A stretch of 64,000 nucleotides of DNA from NCBI RefSeq assembly GCF_006345805.1, contig NW_021833575.1, positions 17,615 through 81,614 of the forward strand, read 5' to 3'. Both the position numbers and the translations under genes were made by a program. Under the pieces are notes generated by a model, which ran no database searches, was not told where the DNA came from, and saw nothing but the letters and a program-made list of their open reading frames with translations. How positions within the stretch are numbered: position 1 is the stretch's first letter; each line of letters opens with the position of its first letter. Shown here in pieces: positions 40,423 to 54,540 of this stretch. The DNA is from Octopus sinensis. Lineage: Eukaryota.

Positions 40423-40751
40423 CCCCACCCCACACACATATATATTTATATTTATATTTATATATATATGTATATATATCGTTGCTATTATGCAAAAGTG
40501 TCATAGGTCCAAAACGTTACTTTTTCAGAAACCGAAAAAAAAATTGTTTCACCATTCTATTGCAAAATTGTTGTTACTACACTTTAACAAGTTTTGATAT
40601 CTTGGCAACTAAAGCAGCTGAAAATATAATAGTTTGACCAAAAGAACCGGCTATTGCAAAAGTATTCAAAAAATTACATTTGGCCAAGTATACAGAGAGA
40701 GACAGAGGGAGAGAGATAAGGGTACATAAATTCCATATACCCTCACATATA

Positions 40752-41555
40752 CAGGAGTTGGGACAAAACAAATAAAACGTCTAGTATCATAGCATCATAA
40801 TTTTGAAATATCTATAAAACTGTCAAAAGCTTGTTTATTTTTCTGTATTTTGATTTATTATTAGTGTTGCATAATATGTTTTGCTAAAATTGCTGTTTCT
40901 TTTCAGATATCAGAAAAAGGTAATTAAAATTCGTTAAAATGACAGATCTATCAAACTTTCAAAGAGGTCAAATTGTTGGTGCTAGCGTAACGAAAATAGC
41001 CGAAATATTTGGTGTATCAAGAAGTACTGTCTCGAAAGTAATGACAGCCTTTGAGAAAGAGGGAAAAACCTCGTCGAAACAAAGCTCCGGAAGAAAACCA
41101 AAACTTTCAGATAGGGACCGTCGGACTTTTACGCGAATTGTTAGAAAGGATCACAAAAGTATTGCTGAGCTTAACGACTACCTCGCTATCTTTCAGGATG
41201 ATAATGCACCAATTCACACAGCTAAAGTTGTTACTGAATGGCACGAGGGGCATTCTAGTGAAGTTGAACATCTTATCTGGCCACCACAGTCCCCAGATCT
41301 CAATATTATTGAACATTTATGGTGCATTTTAGAAAAAAAGTAAGGAGTCGATATCCTCCACCATCATCACTACAAGAACTGGAGACATGTTTTAGCTGAA
41401 GAATGGACAAAAATTCCTTTGGAAACGATTCAAACTTTGTACGGGTCCATACCTCGTAGAATTCAAGCTGTAATTACCAACAAAGGTGGTCCTACCCCAT
41501 ATTAAAATTAATTTGTTTGAAATTTTAAGATGTTTCCATAATTTTGTCCAACCTG
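40752..41555 (+). mobile_element. Tc1-family transposon, internally deleted, with imperfect TIRs and TA target duplication
   Basis: ta|cagg.gttgg.acaaaa ... ttttgtccaacctg|ta. ORF 40939-41343: DLSNFQRGQIVG HTH, GRKPKL, FQDDNAPIH, WPPQSPDLNIIEHLW; the first catalytic D is missing. Confidence 0.9.
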
Positions 41556-41638
41556 TATATATACAGATACATACAGAGAGAGAGAGAGAGAGAATACATA
41601 AATCACATCTATTCTCTGTGTGTGTGTGTGTGTGTGTG

Positions 41639-41679
<41 letters not shown>

Positions 41680-42154
41680 ACACCTACAAGCAAACGTGTG
41701 TGTAATTAGAGTGAGGATAGATTTTTTTTAAAGAGCGGAAATAATGAACGCAGAAGAGGAATCGCAGAAACACATATACGTGATTGAGTTAGCAAATCTT
41801 TTAAATTGGATGATCACGTTTGGTTCTTGCTGTTCCATAAACGTTTAGGTGATGGTTGTAGGTTGTGATGGTAGTGGTAGCGGTGGTTAATAATGCTAGT
41901 AGTGATAGTGGTAGCTAGTGTAGTTGTTAGTAGTGGTGGCGGTGATGGTGTTGGTGATGGCGTTATTACTCCTTCGTGTTGTTGTAGTTTGTGGCAGCGA
42001 TGAAGGCAGTGGTGACGGACTCAGTGGTGGACTTGGTGGCGGTGGTGCTACTGGGGATGGCACGAGTGGTTGTGGTGATGTTGTGACCAAGGTGGTAGCT
42101 GTAGTGGCAGAGGTTGTCATTAGTAGTGGTGGTTGAGCGTATATTGTGGGCGTT

Positions 42155-42155
42155 A

Positions 42156-42199
<44 letters not shown>

Positions 42200-42231
42200 A
42201 TAGTAGTAGTAGTAGTACTAGTAGAAGCAGT

Positions 42232-42281
<50 letters not shown>

Positions 42282-42295
42282 TAGTAGTAGTAGCA
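42155..42295. repeat. (TAG)n/(CAG)n trinucleotide repeat
   Basis: Direct reading. Confidence 0.9.
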
Positions 42296-42759
42296 ATGAT
42301 GGTATTGCTGTTGCGTCTGTTTCTCAAGCTTTTATAAAATTCCTGGCTTATGATTTCAAGTATTCCATCCGTGACGGTTCCGTCTGTTTATGATTATACA
42401 TCATTATCTACTATGTCTTCCCTACTCTTAAATCTTCGAATTGGCTGCTATTTCTCGCATGTTGGCCACCAGACGGGCATCCCCCAAAGGTCTCCGTCAC
42501 TGGCTGAAGTTTATTCCCATGATCAAAGACGTTCCAGCCATAGCTACTCTGGCATTTTATGAACTATGTCTCCCGGACTACAATATTCGATATGCCCTCT
42601 ATTATGGGAACAGCATGTGGTTTCATAGATACTTGACTGCTATTACTCGTAAGTTCTGTGTCCATTAGTTCTGTCAAGTTTTGTAATTTGCTTATTTCAT
42701 AAGCACCGATAGAGGAACAAGGATCAAATAGCCGTAAACTAATTGACTCAAACGTTAAG

Positions 42760-44975
42760 GCTCTTTTGAGGGCATAAAACCATTTGTTGTTAATAATGGC
42801 ACCGATTAATGCCCTCAATACTAACTGCCTAATCCGGCTCCTCACAAGCCAAAAGTGACTTGTTGAGTTTCCAGTAGCCGGGTCTCTGACTACATAACCT
42901 AAGTCTCGTCTACAGGTTACAAATTTGGGATCACTGTAGCTGACGTGGTGAAATTGTGGACACTTAACTAGCTCTTTATCTTTAATCCTAACTATTATCC
43001 TGTATAAATAAGATCTAGACGGCCTGTCGCTATTAGCCCACGTCCACAAGGAGCGTTCGTGAAGTCTAATTTGTATCGATCTGCCGGTTGAAAACGGCTG
43101 TGCAGATCTCTGAGGCAAGATTTTCTCTTCCTGTTAGTATTCGAGCCAACACAATCTACACGTGCATCGCAAATTGTGTTAAAATCTCCTAACAACTATA
43201 AAATATGTGACGTTCCTAGAAAATTTTGAAATAATCCTACTGTCCCGCTTCGCTAGGCGCGTAGACAGCCACCATCCTGAAGGTTTTACGACTGTGGTAC
43301 GTCACATCAAGGACGGTCAACCTGCCGTCCGGGTCAACAAAGATTGTTCCTTCTCTAAAACTAAATTTTTCCCGAGCAGAACTGCGGCACCTCCCCACCC
43401 TCCAGATTCCTATGGAGAAATGAATTTCTCGTAGCCATTTAGGAGGGGTGAAAAGGCTCACAGTCCGCTTAGTTTGGTTTCTGTAACAACTCCCAGATCC
43501 AGTTTGTGCGACCTGAGGTCGTTAAGGAGGCGACCTTTCTTCCAATCCGACCCCAGGCCGCGCACATTTATACGCATTGAGTGAGAAGAAAAGGAAACGG
43601 CTTACCTTAGCGTAGGTGGAACGGTAATCCCACCTCGTCCAATTAAACGGAGCTTGTGGGGTTTCCATAATTAATCCCTCGAAGATTTGGGGTGAGAAGT
43701 CCTTTCTCAAAGGACACATGTCAGATGGGAAGTCTCCTTTTAAAACTCTATAGTTCATATTGTCAATCACAAAAAGTTTAATCTGAGCAGAGATTGAACT
43801 CTGCGTGGGCTTATAATTTTTATTTGAAGTATTTTTTCAATTTCCTTTTCAAGATCCTTATTTGAGATGTTAACAGCCATGATGTTTGAATGAGTGTGTG
43901 CTTTGGCGGGTGGGTAGTGTGGGGTTTGTGAGTTTTGTGTCTACAGTTTATTTGCATGTCCCGAAGTCTAACATCTCTCCCTATCTTCTCCAACCGCACA
44001 TTCCAAGTGACCTCAGCGAAACTTTTTAAACCAATTTATCACTTTAAAAGTCTTTTTTTTTTTTTGTTACAGTTTTGCAGGCAATGCATCGGTGTTAATT
44101 TCCATTTGTAAGGCCTAATATTCCCTCCGAACGTCTCTTGAATTTTATTCTAGTGTTCTCTTCCAATGAGTCCATATTTCACATGTGCAGGATATCCTTT
44201 GTACCCAGGAATATCTATTTTTACCAAGTTCTCTATTTTTTCTAACTCCTCCATCAGTCCTTCTATCGAGTCATTATACAGAATGCAACACATTCCACGG
44301 GGTGAGGGCTGGAGAAATTGCGGTTCTTGCTTGTTTGCTAGTGTACCTATAGGGGCAGGGATGGGCACTCTGTCTGGTGGGGCAAGGTGAGGGTTGGTGT
44401 TGGTAGGTGGGCAGAATGGGGTAGGGGGATTAACATCAATAGATTGTGTACTTCTTGTCCTCTTTCTCTTCTTTTTACTGACCGTTTTCCACTCATTCTT
44501 CGTTTCTTCCTCCACTCGGTCCTACTTCCTTTCCTTTTCGTCGTAGGAGGTGGCGGTGCGATTTCCTCTCCAATCGGTAGTGCCGCTGGTTCATTCACAG
44601 GCGGCGGAGGGTACTCCGTTCTAATGTAGCTTTTCTGGTCACACTTGTAACAACGGGGCTTCCTGCCCTCCACAATAACCCTACGTCACCCACCGTTATG
44701 GTGACGACTATCCTCTCCAGGTCCACTGGAGCAGCCTCGATGACCATCTCCAGGCCATGCCAATTTCTCAGAGCTATTCCTGTCGCCTGGAGAACCACAA
44801 TCCTCTGTTCTAATCCTAACAATATCGCCGCCACAAGCCAGGCAACATCGACCTCCGGAGGGATTTTTTCCACCCTTACCCTGGAAGCACGTCTTCCAAG
44901 GTAAATTGACAGAAAAACCACTTCGTCTGTCCCAAGGGAGGTCACAGAATGTTGCCTGGCTTTCTCCTTGACTTG
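42760..44975 (-). pseudogene. Decayed L1/Tx1-clade LINE (ORF1 plus APE endonuclease part of ORF2)
   Basis: Decayed zinc knuckle KPRCYKCDQKSYIRTEYP; EWKTVSKKKRK; DPDGRLTVLDV...MVAVYAP; LGDFNTIC. Confidence 0.8.
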
Positions 44976-45382
44976 CAACCGACGGAGTGCCTATATATTA
45001 TCACTATTAAGACAGTAGGATTTAATGAGGGAGATATTGATCCAAGGCTTACATCATAGTTTTCCAATAATTTTGTAGATTTTATCATTACTTTAGTAAT
45101 TACGTCGCAAAGAATTACTCTGAAACTTGTCCGAAGTTGTCTCCCGTTACTTTGCTGTAAACTGCAAAGATCAGCCATTGGCTATGTTTCGTGTTCTTTC
45201 CTCACAGCATAATAACTTCTAATTATCATTTAATACTCCCTAAGTTAAATACGTTAACACTAACTTCATTCTCACCACATGAATAACTGTAATTAACATT
45301 TTAATACTCCTTGTTAGTGCTTAAATATCTTTCATACAGCTGGGTGTTTCACTTCCTGTCACCAATCGTATTATGATCGGTA

Positions 45383-45805
45383 AGGCGACGAGATGGCAGA
45401 ATCGTTAGCACGCCGGGCAAAATACTTAGCGGAATTTTGTCTTTACATTCTGTGTTCAAATTCCGCCCAGATTGACTTTTTGCCTTTCATCCTTTGAGGG
45501 TCGATAAAATAAGTACCCGTTGAGCACTGGGGTTCGACGTAGTCGACTCTCTCCCGTTCCCAAATTTCAGGCCTTGTGCCAATAGTAGAAAGGAATATTA
45601 TTATGATCGTTAAGGCGGCAATCTAGTAGAAAAGTTAGCAGACCGGTCAAAATGCTTAGCATCGTTTCGTCCGTATTTAGACTTCAAATTTCCCCGAGAC
45701 TGACTTTCGGGGCCGGTAAAATAAGGACCACTTAAACACTGGGATCTATGTAATCGACTTACCCCTTACCTGAATCTGCTGGTCTTGGGCCACATTTTGA
45801 AACCA
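45383..45805 (+). mobile_element. Two tandem SINE B copies
   Basis: ggcgacgagatggcagaatcgttagc...gcctttcatcctttgaggggtcgataaaataagtacc, followed by a second decayed copy. Confidence 0.8.
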
Positions 45806-45935
45806 ATATTTTTATGATCAATCAAGATCGATATTATGAATCAAAATATGTAAATTTGTATTGATTCCATTTATAATAGCATTTCAATCCCTGTTACGAG
45901 AAAATTCAGTAAGCTCGTCCCCATACATACTCACG

Positions 45936-45966
<31 letters not shown>

Positions 45967-46438
45967 GTACATATACATGCACACACACACACACGTACAT
46001 ATACAAAGCACACGTCCGCACACATTCATATACGAACACAAACACACACATGTATATATCAATGTGTATGCGTGTGTATACGACTGTGTGACTGTATGAG
46101 TGTGTTCGCGTACGTGTGAGCATGTTTGTGTGTGTGTATGCGTGTGTTTGGGAAAGGATTTGGGGGGGGGAGAGAGAAAGAGTATGGAGGAAAGAAAGAA
46201 AGAAGGAAGAAAGAAAAGAAGGAAGGAAGGCGAGAAGAACGTCTGTACAGTGGATGGCGGATCCAAAATCCTTCATTTGCGGACGAAACGTAACACACAC
46301 AAACACACGCACAAACATGCACACACACATACACACAGACACATAAATACATGCATCAATATATTGTCTGTGTATATATGTATACATGTGAGTGTGTGTG
46401 TGTATTTATGCATATATAATATAAGCACACACACACAG

Positions 46439-46475
<37 letters not shown>

Positions 46476-46945
46476 GAGAGAGAGAAAGAGAGAGAAAGAG
46501 AGAAAGAGAGAAAGAGAGAGGGAGGGAGAGAGAGAACCGGTGATGTGCTTACGTTCATGTAACTAAGCGGTTCGGCAAAAGAGACCCATAAGATAAGTAC
46601 TTGGCTTAAGAAATAAGTTGTAGGGTCGGTTTGTTCGACTAAAAATCCTTATAGGTGGTACTCCAGCATGACCGCAGGCGACTGACTGAAACATGTAAAA
46701 GAGTATGTATATATATCTACTCCGCTTTTTCGAACGTTGGGACAAGACGCGACTTCGTTAACACAGTCGTACCCGCAAAGCAAATTAAATAAAATTTGGG
46801 ATTTGCGGAGGGTTAAAGTGGTGAAAAAAACAGGACAGTAAGACCAAAACAGTGAAAACAAACGGTATATATATATATATATATATATATATTACAAGCT
46901 TCGAACAGGGGAGGTCATCAGCTTCCCCTTGCAGGTTCAACAGCT

Positions 46946-46982
46946 ACAGACCGGTTTCGGGGTATTTACCCCTTATCAATGT
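46946..46982 (-). ncRNA. Decayed hammerhead motif
   Basis: aca-TTGATAA-ggggtaaatacccc-GAAA-ccgg-TC-tgt; two core substitutions, stems intact. Confidence 0.65.
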
Positions 46983-47175
46983 CGAGTAGCTGAACCCAGC
47001 AGGTGTCGCTGTTGACTGTTTGCTCGAAGGTTTATTTATATATATTCAGTGGAACACATCCACTGATTTTCAAAAATAGAAATGTTATTATTTCTGAATC
47101 TCTCTAAAGGAGACTACGTCAACAGTATATATACATACATACATACATACATACATACATACATACATACATACA

Positions 47176-47206
<31 letters not shown>

Positions 47207-47579
47207 GTGCGTGTGTGTGTATGTACATATAGGCGCAAGAGTGGCTGTGTGGTAAGAAGCTTGCTTCCCAACTATACAGCTCTGGGTTCAGTCCCACAGC
47301 ATGGCACTCTTGGCTAAGTGTCTTCTACTATAGCCTCGGGCCGACCAAAGCCTTGTGAGTAGGTTTGGCAGACGGAAACTGAAAAAAGCCCGTCGTATGT
47401 ATGTATGTATGTATGTGTAGAAGAACGTAGGCTCGAAATGTAAAATACTTTTTCTATTCCTGAGCGTTATACTAATACATTTGTTTGTTTTGTACACCAC
47501 CTGTCTTCGTCTTTTGTTGTTGTTTTTTTCATAAACTCTCCCTATATATATATATATATCGCTCAGAGATTTAATATTG

Positions 47580-47612
<33 letters not shown>

Positions 47613-47630
47613 CTCAGAGATTTAATATTG

Positions 47631-47660
<30 letters not shown>

Positions 47661-47663
<3 letters not shown>

Positions 47664-50410
47664 TATAATTAAGGGCTAAAGAGGGTTATTCTAAAGCCAA
47701 ATACACTGTTTTATCCACTTATAATCCGCTTGTTACAGGAAAATTGAAACTGAAAACGGGCAACTAACCTTTAGAAAATTTAAATTTCGTTATCTCTATA
47801 TTGAATCAATTTCGGACTTAATCTTATAAAAAAAGATATATTCCTTCTTCAGTAGAACTTTCGATGGGATATAAATAAAATACTCACGTATGATCATGGA
47901 AAAAGCACAAGCTAAAAACATAACTACACTTGAGTACATCACTTATATCTAAAAATAAAAATTCTTTGGTCAGCCTCAGAAAACAACGTCCAGACCTTTC
48001 GCCGCTACAAATTGTAATGGTTACCAGTCCTCCTGTAGTAAGCATCGAGTTTACTACTAAGCAATATAGGATGAAGTCCCTTACTCTACAGCAAAGGAAT
48101 TCATCAGGAAGCGTGGGCAGTATATTTAAAAAAACCGTTACGGTTGCAATATACATCATATAATTAAGGGCTAAAGAGGGTTATTCTAAAGCCAAATACA
48201 CTGTTTTATCCACTTATAATCCGCTTGTTACAGGAAAATTGAAACTGAAAACGGGCAACTAACCTTTAGAAAATTTAAATTTCGTTATCTCTATATTGAA
48301 TCAATTTCGGACTTAATCTTATAAAAAAAGATATATTCCTTCTTCAGTAGAACTTTCGATGGGATATAAATAAAATACTCACGTATGATCATGGAAAAAG
48401 CACAAGCTAAAAACATAACTACACTTGAGTACATCACTTATATCTAAAAATAAAAATTCTTTGGTCAGCCTCAGAAAACAACGTCCAGACCTTTCGCCGC
48501 TACAAATTGTAATGGTTACCAGTCCTCCTGTAGTAAGCATCGAGTTTACTACTAAGCAATATAGGATGAAGTCCCTTACTCTACAGCAAAGGAATTCATC
48601 AGGAAGCGTGGGCAGTATATTTAAAAAAACCGTTACGGTTGCAATATACATCATATAATTAAGGGCTAAAGAGGGTTATTCTAAAGCCAAATACACTGTT
48701 TTATCCACTTATAATCCGCTTGTTACAGGAAAATTGAAACTGAAAACGGGCAACTAACCTTTAGAAAATTAAATTTCGTTATCTCTATATTGAATCAATT
48801 TCGGACTTAATCTTATAAAAAAAGATATATTCCTTCTTCAGTAGAACTTTCGATGGGATATAAATAAAATACTCACGTATGATCATGGAAAAAGCACAAG
48901 CTAAAAACATAACTACACTTGAGTACATCACTTATATCTAAAAATAAAAATTCTTTGGTCAGCCTCAGAAAACAACGTCCAGACCTTTCGCCGCTACAAA
49001 TTGTAATGGTTACCAGTCCTCCTGTAGTAAGCATCGAGTTTACTACTAAGCAATATAGGATGAAGTCCCTTACTCTACAGCAAAGGAATTCATCAGGAAG
49101 CGTGGGCAGTATATTTAAAAAACCGTTACGGTTGCAATATACATCATATAATTAAGGGCTAAAGAGGGTTATTCTAAAGCCAAATACACTGTTTTATCCA
49201 CTTATAATCCGCTTGTTACAGGAAAATTGAAACTGAAAACGGGCAACTAACCTTTAGAAAATTTAAATTTCGTTATCTCTATATTGAATCAATTTCGGAC
49301 TTAATCTTATAAAAAAAGATATATTCCATCTTCAGTAGAACTTTCGATGGGATATAATAAAATAAATACTCACGTATGATCATGGAAAAAGCACAAGCTA
49401 AAAACATAACTACACTTGAGTACATCACTTATATCTAAAAATAAAAATTCTTTGGTCAGCCTCAGAAAACAACGTCCAGACCTTTCGCCGCGCTACAAAT
49501 TGTAATGGTTACCAGTCCTCCTGTAGTAAGCATCGAGTTTACTACTAAGCATATAGGATGAAGTCCCTTACTCTACAGCAAAGGAATTCATCAGGAAGCG
49601 TGGCAGTATATTTAAAAAAACCGTTACGGTTGCAATATACATCATATAATTAAGGGCTAAAGAGGGTTATTCTAAAGCCAAATACACTGTTTTATCCACT
49701 TATAATCCGCTTGTTACAGGAAAATTGAAACTGAAAACGGGCAACTACCTTTAGAAAATTTAAATTTCGTTATCTCTATATTGAATCAATTTCGGACTTA
49801 ATCTTATAAAAAAAGATATATTCCTTCTTCAGTAGAACTTTCGATGGGATATAAATAAAATACTCACGTATGATCATGGCAAAAGCACAAGCTAAAAACA
49901 TAACTACACTTGAGTACATCACTTATATCTAAAAATAAAAATCTTTTTGGTCAGCCTCAGAAAACACAAACGTCCAGACCTTTCGCGCCGCTAACAAATG
50001 TAATGGTTACCAGTCCTCCTGTAGTAAGCATCGAGTTTACTACTAAGCAATATAGGATGAAGTCCCTTACTCTCTACAGCAAAGGAATTCATCAGGAAGC
50101 GTGGGCAGTATATTTAAAAAAACCGTTACGGTTGCAATATACATCATATAATTAAGGGCTAAAGAGGGTTATTCTAAAGCCAAATACACTGTTTTATCCA
50201 CTTATAATCCGCTTGTTACAGGAAAATTGAAACTGAAAACGGGCAACTAACCTTTAAAAATTTAAATTTCGTTATCTCTATATTGAATCAATTCGGACTT
50301 AATCTTATAAAAAAAGATATATTCCTTCTTCAGTAGAACTTTCGATGGGATATAATAAAATACTCACGTATGATCATGGAAAAAGCACAAGCTAAAAACA
50401 TAACTACATA
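47661..50410. mobile_element. Retrozyme-like tandem array, 495-bp unit, ~5.5 copies
   Basis: Unit starts at ~47662, 48157, 48652, 49145, 49643 and 50145; one HHR per unit; (TA)n on both sides. Confidence 0.9.
47795..47856 (-). ncRNA. Hammerhead ribozyme motif, first of 6 copies
   Basis: tcta-CTGAAGA-a-gga...tcc-GAAA-ttga t tcaa-TA-taga; recurs every ~495 bp. Confidence 0.85.
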
Positions 50411-50587
50411 TATATATTATATATATATATATACAGTCTTACATATATATATATATATATATAACAATTTAGGAGTGACCCCAACAGGTCACTCTGTCCA
50501 CCAGAAAGAGCAGCCATAACTCACACCGCCAAGTAGTAGTAATTCAGAAATTAGGTGAAAATTTAAAAACATTTACCCTAATTCATC

Positions 50588-50685
50588 TTTTAGACGTTGC
50601 AACGTTTCTGTGTCATTAATGATTAAATTAGCTTAATTAAATTAAATTAAGCTAATCTACCATAGGTTACACTTCATCAGTAAAA
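50588..50685 (-). ncRNA. Hammerhead ribozyme motif in a (TA)n-flanked ~300-bp element (~50463-50767)
   Basis: tttta-CTGATGA-agtgt...acaca-GAAA-cgttgcaacg-TC-taaaa; 12-nt palindromic stem III. Confidence 0.85.
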
Positions 50686-51154
50686 AACCTGGGAGAGACA
50701 AAGATACACGAGGCGTCTGTATCGATGCCTACGGGATATCTGACTTAAAATTTTCAAGACTGACGTATTATATATATATATTATATATATATATATATAT
50801 ACATGCACACAAATGTGTATCTGTGTGTATGTATATTCATATATATGTATGTACGTATTTATGCATGCATGTATATATGTTTGATGAGCATAATGTAAAT
50901 TTTCCTTTAGCTATACCCTTGTTTATCACTGATTCATCTATTAGTGATCTGGAATAACACGATACGCTCAGCAGTGAACCATGTCACTCTTATCTCGAAT
51001 TGATCTGTGATAACACGGATCGCTGATCTGCCTAAGATTCTGCAAAATGTACCTCCGTGACCACCCATAATGCTTAGTTACCCAGAATGCAGCAGCTATT
51101 GCTTATATTTACATCACCAAGTTGCGAGTCTGAGTATTTTTTTTATACCGATTA

Positions 51155-51450
51155 ACATATGACCACTGCAAAGAAAAAAGTACGAAGGCAGCTGAACTTG
51201 ACAGACAATGAAAAGCCTCTCTATTATCTTCAAGAAAAAGCAGAGATGATCAAGAAAGTACCCGACGGTGGACACTGTGGGTCATGAGTTTAGTTTTCAA
51301 CGAACCTACAAAGGCACTTTGTCCATACAAATGACATAGATGAAATTGCACTCTCTAGGAAATGATCGTGAAAATACGTGGCGTTAGGAGCTTTGCTGCT
51401 TTGGGACGTAAGTTTGGTGTCAATGAATCTACCATTCGCTCCATATTTAT
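51155..51450 (+). pseudogene. pogo/Tigger-like transposase N-terminal HTH remnants
   Basis: LQEKAEMIKKV and RSFAALGRKFGVNESTIRSIF. Confidence 0.5.
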
Positions 51451-52251
51451 AGTGATTGGCGAATACTAATTTTTCACTGTGGCCTGCGTAGGAGGACGTC
51501 ACCCCGTCCCAAAGGAGGGACTAACTTTTTTGGAGAATAATAAACTCAGATACCTTTTGAACGCACTTAGTATACATGTATGTATTTATATACATGTGTG
51601 TGTAGCTTGTATGTATATATATATGTTTGTACGTATGGGAAGTATATCATAGCAGAGCAAACTAAATGTCTTGACAATATTTCAACGGAATATGTGTGTG
51701 TGTGCGCGCGTGCGTATGTATGTGTGCGTGCAAGAATGTTTATATAAATACGTATTAATGACTATAAAGGCAAGCAAGCGAGAGGTGGTTGGTACCATAC
51801 GCAGAAACCTTACGCTTGGCTGAAAGTATGTTAAGTGTGATAAGAAATAACAGACAGAAGGAAATTGGTAAGGTGAAATGGCTTGGAAATAGTAAATGTG
51901 GTAGTGAGATTAAGTTAGAAAGCGGATATAAATGGTGGAGGGAGGACGAGAGTTGAGAGTTTGATGCGAGATTTGGAAACGTGGTTGATACGGATATTGG
52001 GATAGGTTTGTATTCTGCAACAAGGTTAAACAATATAAACAGTAGATTCATCACTGTATGATTGTAAGTGTATGCATCCATCCACCCATCTATCCATCCA
52101 TCCATCGTTACGTACATATGTGCGGATATACATACATACAAACATACATACGTACGTACGTGCACATATAACATACACACTCACATACACATACATACAC
52201 ACATACACACGCATATATATATGTGTGTGTATGTGTATGTATATGAATATG

Positions 52252-52298
<47 letters not shown>

Positions 52299-52342
52299 GT
52301 ATATATATATATATTATATGTATATATATATATATGTATATA

Positions 52343-52413
<71 letters not shown>

Positions 52414-53419
52414 ATATATAAATTATATAAATAAATTTCTTTAACCATATACGGTTACAAATTCTGTTTGTGTGGAGACTTTTATTAGTAGGAGAAATAG
52501 TGATCAATTTGGCTGCTATTTCTAATATTTTCGGTATGTGGTTTTGAGCAACTTGTTGCAATTAACCCTTTATTATAATTAATATAATTCTTACCAAATA
52601 TGGTCTTTTCCATACCGATAAATCTACTAGGTGAAATTTATTAATTTTATTAAATTAATCATATTTCACCATTTTTTGTATATATATATATAATTTAGAA
52701 CAACCACCTTTTATCAATTTAAAATGAACAATTAAATTACACCATCTAGAAAATTACATAAAATAGAAATATAAAAATAAAATAACAATAATATACCCCT
52801 GATTAAGTAAATTGCAAAATAATAATAAAAACGTATATATTTGGTAGAATAACACATATATATATACAATATACATCTATACATGAATATGCATATATTT
52901 GACAACCACATCACTTATTGGTTTTTATGAATTTGTTGAGTTTCCTGTTCATCCTGATGATGGGGTCATTGCCGAAATGCACTTTAACTCGTAATCGAAC
53001 CGCGGCAATGAACTCCCGAAATGGCCATAGCTGTGTTTGACTAGATTTTGTGGAAACCTTTTTAGTCCTGACTCCAACCTACCTTGGTTTTTATGAAATG
53101 AACTTTTTTGATGTACTCTTTTGTTTGAGAGGAGTAAGAAAATTTTTTCAATCGATTGATATTTTATTTTATTTAGATTTTTAGTAGTATGACACATTTT
53201 AGAATTTTTAGTCGATTGTATATACCTTCTTTTAGGCCGTTCTATACATCTGTATTTTTATTTGCATATATATATTTTACCTTCTGTATTATTTATATAT
53301 GTATACTTTATATACTTAAGAGCCATGGTAATATTTATATATGATCAAATGTTTGGAAGCATGGTGTTATATATAAAGTCGTTGACTCGCATTTGATGTT
53401 TGTTCTATGATCAACGTTA

Positions 53420-53501
<82 letters not shown>

Positions 53502-53802
53502 GAAATTATATTATTATTATTAATATTAGAAATGGAAACCAAAATATTAAATTAAATTGAACAATTAAATAATTTAATAATCAAATCATAAATTCAATTC
53601 AATTATATCATTTTATACAAATGACACATCTCGTAAATTACAGCTGTTTCAACACCATTAATAAAAATAAGCTTTTCAAGAATAATAAAATACCGTTTTA
53701 TATATATATATGTGTGTGTCTGGGTGCTGTGCTTGTGTAAGTATGCATGCATGTATATATTCCTGTGTGTATGTTTATATATATATGGATGTATATATAT
53801 AT

Positions 53803-54458
53803 GTGCGAATGGTATTGTTAAGCGGTGTCGAGTTTCACAATTCTGTCAATAATAATGGTATTTTTTTAATAAGCTTAAAGCTTATAACGACCAGCGTGCA
53901 AATGACTATGGAAAATAGTCTAATAATGGGGTATATAAGCCCTCGACAGGAAAAAAGTAGGCCTTCCTGTACGCGTGGGACTCGAACCCACATCTCTTTG
54001 TTAATGTGACTAAGTGTGTTAGCGATTACACCAGCGATCCAGCCCACTTGAATAAAGAAATTATTTTAAAAATCTGCCGGTCAAAGCGAAAAGATCCATT
54101 TTCTTTAGTTATTTGCACGATAATCGCTATAAGCTTTAAGTTTATAAAAATACCATTATTATTATTTACAGACCGCTTAACAAAGCCATTCGCACCCAAA
54201 GCACATAAAGTTTGTTTACAAATACAACTACGAACTAATATAGTTCTTAAATTTGACAGAAAGAAGAGGGCGGGTTCACTGGTGTAATCGGTAACAAAGC
54301 TGCGTTAACGACGGAATGTAAGTTTGAGTCCACTCTTACGGGAAAGCCTACTTTTTTTCTGTCGAGGGCTTATATGCCCCATTATTAGACTCTTTTCTTT
54401 AGTCATTTGCACGGTGTCCGTTATAAACTTTAAGATTATAAAAAATACCATTATTTTT
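53803..54458. mobile_element. Inverted arrangement of a tRNA-like Pol III repeat
   Basis: Minus copy ~53950-54047 (tggtgtaatcg, ggttcgagtcc, T6) and plus copy ~54268-54360, sharing downstream sequence. Confidence 0.65.
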
Positions 54459-54540
54459 GTGTTGTGTTTGTGTATGTGTGCATGCTATTCATGCATGTAT
54501 ATATTTATGTGAGTACGTTTATAGATATATGTATTTGAAA

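Noticed and set aside
48098-48112. Second CTGATGA (minus strand) in the 495-bp unit
   Set aside because: Sequestered in a local hairpin, with no correctly placed GAAA, stem III or stem I
51245-51290. VPDGGHCG as an OTU protease motif
   Set aside because: Immediately followed by a stop; the surrounding peptides fit a pogo/Tigger HTH better
52950-52990. CTGATGA..GAAA motif
   Set aside because: Stems I-III pair poorly; possibly a dead HHR but not supportable
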